Assembly: GCF_964355755.1 (NCBI RefSeq)
Contig: NC_092673.1
Span: forward strand, 34,841,648 to 34,905,647
From: Antedon mediterranea
Taxonomy: Eukaryota > Animalia > Echinodermata
Direction of reading: 5' to 3'
DNA: 64,000 nucleotides
Shown here: one piece after another, positions 55,271-64,000 of the stretch
How the letters are laid out: every line of letters begins with the position of its first letter
Numbering within the stretch: the stretch's first letter is position 1
Translations under genes and position numbers: made by a program
The notes under the pieces: generated by a model
Database searches by the model: none
The model's input: only the letters and a program-made list of their open reading frames with translations
Told to the model about the DNA's origin: nothing

Positions 55271-58200
55271 GTATGATATACAGTATGTAATGACCAACAA
55301 ATAACTCTTAACAACATGTCATCTACCAAAGGTATGATATACAGTATGTAATGACCAACAAATAACTCTTAACAACATGGCATCTACCAAAGGTATGATA
55401 TACAGTATGTAATGACCAAACAAATAACTCTTAACATCATGTCATCTACCAAAGGTATGATATACAGTATGTAATGACCAAACAAATAACTCTTAACAAC
55501 ATGTCATCTACCAAAGGTATGATATACAGTATGTAATGACCAACAAATAACTCTTAACAACATGGCATCTACCAAAGGTATGATATACAGTATGTAATGA
55601 CCAAACAAATAACTCTTAACAACATGGCATCTACCAAAGGTATGATATACAGTATGTAATGACCAAACAAATAACTCTTAACAACATGGCATCTACCAAA
55701 GGTATGATATACAGTATGTAATGACCAACAAATAACTCTTAACAACATGGCATCTACCAAAGGTATGATATACAGTATGTAATGACCAAACAAATAACTC
55801 TTAACAACATGTCATCTACCAAAGGTATGATATACAGTATGTAATGACCAAACAAATAACTCTTAACAACATGGCATCTACCAAAGGTATGATATACAGT
55901 ATGTAATGACCAAACAAATAACTCTTAACAACATGGCATCTACCAAAGGTATGATATACAGTATGTAATGACCAACAAATAACTCTTAACAACATGGCAT
56001 CTACCAAAGGTATGATATACAGTATGTAATGACCAAACAAATAACTCTTAACAACATGGCATCTACCAAAGGTATGATATACAGTATGTAATGACCAACA
56101 AATAACTCTTAACAACATGGCATCTACCAAAGGTATGATATACAGTATGTAATGACCAAACAAATAACTCTTAACAACATGGCATCTACCAAAGGTATGA
56201 TATACAGTATGTAATGACCAACAAATAACTCTTAACAACATGGCATCTACCAAAGGTATGATATACAGTATGTAATGACCAAACAAATAACTCTTAACAA
56301 CATGGCATCTACCAAAGGTATGATATACAGTATGTAATGACCAACAAATAACTCTTAACAACATGGCATCTACCAAAGGTATGATATACAGTATGTAATG
56401 ACCAACAAATAACTCTTAACAACATGGCATCTACCAAAGGTATGATATACAGTATGTAATGACCAAACAAATAACTCTTAACAACATGGCATCTACCAAA
56501 GGTATGATATACAGTATGTAATGACCAAACAAATAACTCTTAACAACATGGCATCTACCAAAGGTATGATATACAGTATGTAATGACCAACAAATAACTC
56601 TTAACAACATGGCATCTACCAAAGGTATGATATACAGTATGTAATGACCAACAAATAACTCTTAACAACATGGCATCTACCAAAGGTATGATATACAGTA
56701 TGTAATGACCAAACAAATAACTCTTAACAACATGGCATCTACCAAAGGTATGATATACAGTATGTAGTGACCAAACAAATAACTCTTAACAACATGGCAT
56801 CTACCAAAGGTATGATATACAGTATGTAATGACCAAACAAATAACTCTTAACAACATGGCATCTACCAAAGGTATGATATACAGTATGTAATGACCAACA
56901 AATAACTCTTAACAACATGGCATCTACCAAAGGTATGATATACAGTATGTAATGACCAAACAAATAACTCTTAACAACATGGCATCTACCAAAGGTATGA
57001 TATACAGTATGTAATGACCAACAAATAACTCTTAACAACATGGCATCTACCAAAGGTATGATATACAGTATGTAATGACCAAACAAATAACTCTTAACAA
57101 CATGGCATCTACCAAAGGTATGATATACAGTATGTAATGACCAACAAATAACTCTTAACAACATGGCATCTACCAAAGGTATGATATACAGTATGTAATG
57201 ACCAAACAAATAACTCTTAACAACATGGCATCTACCAAAGGTATGATATACAGTATGTAATGACCAAACAAATAACTCTTAACAACATGGCATCTACCAA
57301 AGGTATGATATACAGTATGTAATGACCAACAAATAACTCTTAACAACATGGCATCTACCAAAGGTATGATATACAGTATGTAATGACCAACAAATAACTC
57401 TTAACAACATGGCATCTACCAAAGGTATGATATACAGTATGTAATGACCAACAAATAACTCTTAACAACATGGCATCTACCAAAGGTATGATATACAGTA
57501 TGTAATGACCAACAAATAACTCTTAACAACATGGCATCTACCAAAGGTATGATATACAGTATGTAATGACCAAACAAATAACTCTTAACAACATGGCATC
57601 TACCAAAGGTATGATATACAGTATGTAATGACCAACAAATAACTCTTAACAACATGGCATCTACCAAAGGTATGATATACAGTATGTAATGACCAACAAA
57701 TAACTCTTAACAACATGGCATCTACCAAAGGTATGATATACAGTATGTAATGACCAAACAAATAACTCTTAACAACATGGCATCTACCAAAGGTATGATA
57801 TACAGTATGTAGTGACCAAACAAATAACTCTTAACAACATGGCATCTACCAAAGGTATGATATACAGTATGTAATGACCAAACAAATAACTCTTAACAAC
57901 ATGGCATCTACCAAAGGTATGATATACAGTATGTAATGACCAACAAATAACTCTTAACAACATGGCATCTACCAAAGGTATGATAATATACAGTATGTAA
58001 TGACCAAACAAATAACTCTTAACAACATGGCATCTACCAAAGGTATGATATACAGTATGTAATGACCAACAAATAACTCTTAACAACATGGCATCTACCA
58101 AAGGTATGATATACAGTATGTAATGACCAACAAATAACTCTTAACAACATGGCATCTACCAAAGGTATGATATACAGTATGTAGTGACCAAACAAATAAC

Positions 58201-61200
58201 TCTTAACAACATGGCATCTACCAAAGGTATGATATACAGTATGTAATGACCAAACAAATAACTCTTAACAACATGGCATCTACCAAAGGTATGATATACA
58301 GTATGTAATGACCAAACAAATAACTCTTAACAACATGGCATCTACCAAAGGTATGATATACAGTATGTAGTGACCAAACAAATAACTCTTAACAACATGG
58401 CATCTACCAAAGGTATGATATACAGTATGTAATGACCAAACAAATAACTCTTAACAACATGGCATCTACCAAAGGTATGATATACAGTATGTAATGACCA
58501 ACAAATAACTCTTAACAACATGGCATCTACCAAAGGTATGATAATATACAGTATGTAGTGACCAAACAAATAACTCTTAACAACATGGCATCTACCAAAG
58601 GTATGATATACAGTATGTAATGACCAAACAAATAACTCTTAACAACATGGCATCTACCAAAGGTATGATATACAGTATGTAATGACCAACAAATAACTCT
58701 TAACAACATGGCATCTACCAAAGGTATGATAATATACAGTATGTAATGACCAAACAAATAACTCTTAACAACATGGCATCTACCAAAGGTATGATATACA
58801 GTATGTAATGACCAACAAATAACTCTTAACAACATGGCATCTACCAAAGGTATGATATACAGTATGTAATGACCAACAAATAACTCTTAACAACATGGCA
58901 TCTACCAAAGGTATGATATACAGTATGTAGTGACCAAACAAATAACTCTTAACAACATGGCATCTACCAAAGGTATGATATACAGTATGTAATGACCAAC
59001 AAATAACTCTTAACAACATGGCATCTACCAAAGGTATGATATACAGTATGTAATGACCAACAAATAACTCTTAACAACATGGCATCTACCAAAGGTATGA
59101 TATACAGTATGTAATGACCAACAAATAACTCTTAACAACATGGCATCTACCAAAGGTATGATATACAGTATGTAATGACCAAACAAATAACTCTTAACAA
59201 CATGGCATCTACCAAAGGTATGATATACAGTATGTAGTGACCAAACAAATAACTCTTAACAACATGGCATCTACCAAAGGTATGATATACAGTATGTAAT
59301 GACCAAACAAATAACTCTTAACAACATGGCATCTACCAAAGGTATGATATACAGTATGTAATGACCAACAAATAACTCTTAACAACATGGCATCTACCAA
59401 AGGTATGATAATATACAGTATGTAATGACCAAACAAATAACTCTTAACAACATGGCATCTACCAAAGGTATGATATACAGTATGTAATGACCAACAAATA
59501 ACTCTTAACAACATGGCATCTACCAAAGGTATGATATACAGTATGTAATGACCAAACAAATAACTCTTAACAACATGGCATCTACCAAAGGTATGATATA
59601 CAGTATGTAATGACCAAACAAATAACTCTTAACAACATGGCATCTACCAAAGGTATGATATACAGTATGTAATGACCAACAAATAACTCTTAACAACATG
59701 GCATCTACCAAAGGTATGATATACAGTATGTAATGACCAACAAATAACTCTTAACAACATGTCATCTACCAAAGGTATGATATACAGTATGTAATGACCA
59801 AACAAATAACTCTTAACAACATGGCATCTACCAAAGGTATGATATACAGTATGTAATGACCAACAAATAACTCTTAACAACATGGCATCTACCAAAGGTA
59901 TGATAATATACAGTATGTAATGACCAAACAAATAACTCTTAACAACATGGCATCTACCAAAGGTATGATATACAGTATGTAATGACCAACAAATAACTCT
60001 TAACAACATGGCATCTACCAAAGGTATGATATACAGTATGTACTGACCAAACAAATAACTCTTAACAACATGGCATCTACCAAAGGTATGATATACAGTA
60101 TGTAATGACCAAACAAATAACTCTTAACAACATGGCATCTACCAAAGGTATGATATACAGTATGTAATGACCAACAAATAACTCTTAACAACATGGCATC
60201 TACCAAAGGTATGATATACAGTATGTAATGACCAAACAAATAACTCTTAACAACATGGCATCTACCAAAGGTATGATATACAGTATGTAATGACCAACAA
60301 ATAACTCTTAACAACATGGCATCTACCAAAGGTATGATATACAGTATGTAATGACCAAACAAATAACTCTTAACAACATGGCATCTACCAAAGGTATGAT
60401 AATATACAGTATGTAATGACCAAACAAATAACTCTTAACAACATGGCATCTACCAAAGGTATGATATACAGTATGTAATGACCAACAAATAACTCTTAAC
60501 AACATGTCATCTACCAAAGGTATGATATACAGTATGTAGTGACCAAACAAATAACTCTTAACAACATGGCATCTACCAAAGGTATGATATACAGTATGTA
60601 ATGACCAAACAAATAACTCTTAACAACATGGCATCTACCAAAGGTATGATATACAGTATGTAATGACCAACAAATAACTCTTAACAACATGGCATCTACC
60701 AAAGGTATGATATACAGTATGTAATGACCAACAAATAACTCTTAACAACATGGCATCTACTAAAGGTATGATATACAGTATGTAATGACCAAACAAATAA
60801 CTCTTAACAACATGTCATCTACCAAAGGTATGATATACAGTATGTAATGACCAAACAAATAACTCTTAACAACATGGCATCTACCAAAGGTATGATATAC
60901 AGTATGTAATGACCAAACAAATAACTCTTAACAACATGTCATCTACCAAAGGTATGATATACAGTATGTAATGACCAAACAAATAACTCTTAACAACATG
61001 GCATCTACCAAAGGTATGATATACAGTATGTAATGACCAACAAATAACTCTTAACAACATGGCATCTACCAAAGGTATGATATACAGTATGTAATGACCA
61101 ACAAATAACTCTTAACAACATGGCATCTACCAAAGGTATGATATACAGTATGTAATGACCAAACAAATAACTCTTAACAACATGGCATCTACCAAAGGTA

Positions 61201-64000
61201 TGATATACAGTATGTAATGACCAAACAAATAACTCTTAACAACATGGCATCTACCAAAGGTATGATATACAGTATGTACTGACCAAACAAATAACTCTTA
61301 ACAACATGGCATCTACCAAAGGTATGATATACAGTATGTAATGACCAACAAATAACTCTTAACAACATGGCATCTACCAAAGGTATGATATACAGTATGT
61401 ACTGACCAAACAAATAACTCTTAACAACATGGCATCTACCAAAGGTATGATATACAGTATGTAATGACCAACAAATAACTCTTAACAACATGGCATCTAC
61501 CAAAGGTATGATATACAGTATGTACTGACCAAACAAATAACTCTTAACAACATGGCATCTACCAAAGGTATGATATACAGTATGTACTGACCAAACAAAT
61601 AACTCTTAACAACATGGCATCTACCAAAGGTATGATATACAGTATGTAATGACCAAACAAATAACTCTTAACAACATGGCATCTACCAAAGGTATGATAT
61701 ACAGTATGTAATGACCAAACAAATAACTCTTAACAACATGGCATCTACCAAAGGTATGATATACAGTATGTACTGACCAAACAAATAACTCTTAACAACA
61801 TGGCATCTACCAAAGGTATGATATACAGTATGTAATGACCAACAAATAACTCTTAACATCATGGCATCTACCAAAGGTATGATATACAGTATGTAATGAC
61901 CAAACAAATAACTCTTAACAACATGTCATCTACCAAAGGTATGATATACAGTATGTAATGACCAAACAAATAACTCTTAACATCATGGCATCTACCAAAG
62001 GTATGATATACAGTATGTAGTGACCAAACAAATAACTCTTAACAACATGGCATCTACCAAAGGTATGATATACAGTATGTAATGACCAACAAATAACTCT
62101 TAACAACATGGCATCTACCAAAGGTATGATATACAGTATGTAATGACCAAACAAATAACTCTTAACAACATGGCATCTACCAAAGGTATGATATACAGTA
62201 TGTAATGACCAACAAATAACTCTTAACAACATGGCATCTACCAAAGGTATGATAATATACAGTATGTAATGACCAAACAAATAACTCTTAACAACATGGC
62301 ATCTACCAAAGGTATGATATACAGTATGTAATGACCAACAAATAACTCTTAACAACATGGCATCTACCAAAGGTATGATATACAGTATGTAATGACCAAA
62401 CAAATAACTCTTAACAACATGGCATCTACCAAAGGTATGATATACAGTATGTAATGACCAAACAGATAACTCTTAACAACATGGCATCTACCAAAGGTAT
62501 GATATACAGTATGTAATGACCAACAAATAACTCTTAACAACATGGCATCTACCAAAGGTATGATATACAGTATGTAATGACCAACAAATAACTCTTAACA
62601 ACATGTCATCTACCAAAGGTATGATATACAGTATGTAATGACCAAACAAATAACTCTTAACAACATGGCATCTACCAAAGGTATGATATACAGTATGTAA
62701 TGACCAACAAATAACTCTTAACAACATGGCATCTACCAAAGGTATGATAATATACAGTATGTAATGACCAAACAAATAACTCTTAACAACATGGCATCTA
62801 CCAAAGGTATGATATACAGTATGTAATGACCAACAAATAACTCTTAACAACATGGCATCTACCAAAGGTATGATATACAGTATGTACTGACCAAACAAAT
62901 AACTCTTAACAACATGGCATCTACCAAAGGTATGATATACAGTATGTAATGACCAAACAAATAACTCTTAACAACATGGCATCTACCAAAGGTATGATAT
63001 ACAGTATGTAATGACCAACAAATAACTCTTAACAACATGGCATCTACCAAAGGTATGATATACAGTATGTAATGACCAAACAAATAACTCTTAACAACAT
63101 GGCATCTACCAAAGGTATGATATACAGTATGTAATGACCAACAAATAACTCTTAACAACATGGCATCTACCAAAGGTATGATATACAGTATGTAATGACC
63201 AAACAAATAACTCTTAACAACATGGCATCTACCAAAGGTATGATAATATACAGTATGTAATGACCAAACAAATAACTCTTAACAACATGGCATCTACCAA
63301 AGGTATGATATACAGTATGTAATGACCAACAAATAACTCTTAACAACATGTCATCTACCAAAGGTATGATATACAGTATGTAGTGACCAAACAAATAACT
63401 CTTAACAACATGGCATCTACCAAAGGTATGATATACAGTATGTAATGACCAAACAAATAACTCTTAACAACATGGCATCTACCAAAGGTATGATATACAG
63501 TATGTAATGACCAACAAATAACTCTTAACAACATGGCATCTACCAAAGGTATGATATACAGTATGTAATGACCAACAAATAACTCTTAACAACATGGCAT
63601 CTACTAAAGGTATGATATACAGTATGTAATGACCAAACAAATAACTCTTAACAACATGTCATCTACCAAAGGTATGATATACAGTATGTAATGACCAAAC
63701 AAATAACTCTTAACAACATGGCATCTACCAAAGGTATGATATACAGTATGTAATGACCAAACAAATAACTCTTAACAACATGTCATCTACCAAAGGTATG
63801 ATATACAGTATGTAATGACCAAACAAATAACTCTTAACAACATGGCATCTACCAAAGGTATGATATACAGTATGTAATGACCAACAAATAACTCTTAACA
63901 ACATGGCATCTACCAAAGGTATGATATACAGTATGTAATGACCAACAAATAACTCTTAACAACATGGCATCTACCAAAGGTATGATATACAGTATGTAAT
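55249..64000 (+). repeat. 61/62-bp satellite array (>8.7 kb, ~140 units, runs off the window)
   Basis: Monomer AACAACATGGCATCTACCAAAGGTATGATATACAGTATGTAATGACCA(A)ACAAATAACTCTT with recurring single-base and +3-nt variants. Confidence 0.99.

Noticed and set aside
55569-63916. Many minus-strand ORFs (VDAMLLRVIC...)
   Set aside because: Translations of the 61/62-bp satellite; frames shift with monomer length.
53718-64000. CRISPR-like appearance of the regular repeats
   Set aside because: Units are head-to-tail with no unique spacers, there are no cas genes, and the DNA is eukaryotic.

Overview
AT-rich, intron-containing animal genomic DNA; the repeat and gene families suggest an invertebrate deuterostome, possibly a crinoid echinoderm (inference only). 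In order along the window: (1) a Copia LTR retrotransposon (930-5600; 183-bp LTRs, CAATT target-site duplication), inactivated by frameshifts, an internal deletion and a nested palindromic element; (2) two Gmr1/SCAN-type Gypsy LTR+gag fragments; (3) a ~6.3/6.8-kb segmental duplication (9481-15793 and 18631-25408), each copy carrying a small spliced gene for a tandem death-effector-domain-like protein plus a NACHT pseudo-fragment; (4) an orphan SLC7 exon; (5) a 5'-truncated L1/Tx1 LINE with TSD and a decayed L2/CR1-group LINE; (6) the 3' eight exons of a receptor guanylyl cyclase carrying a frameshift; (7) a ~3.75-kb perfect (ACTT)n tract; (8) a near-complete CR1 LINE with a 2A-like DVESNPGP motif; (9) MITEs; (10) a >8.7-kb 61/62-bp satellite whose monomer appears to be an amplified start codon plus splice donor. 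No rRNA, bona fide tRNA or CRISPR array was seen. Family assignments come from motif recognition, not database searches.
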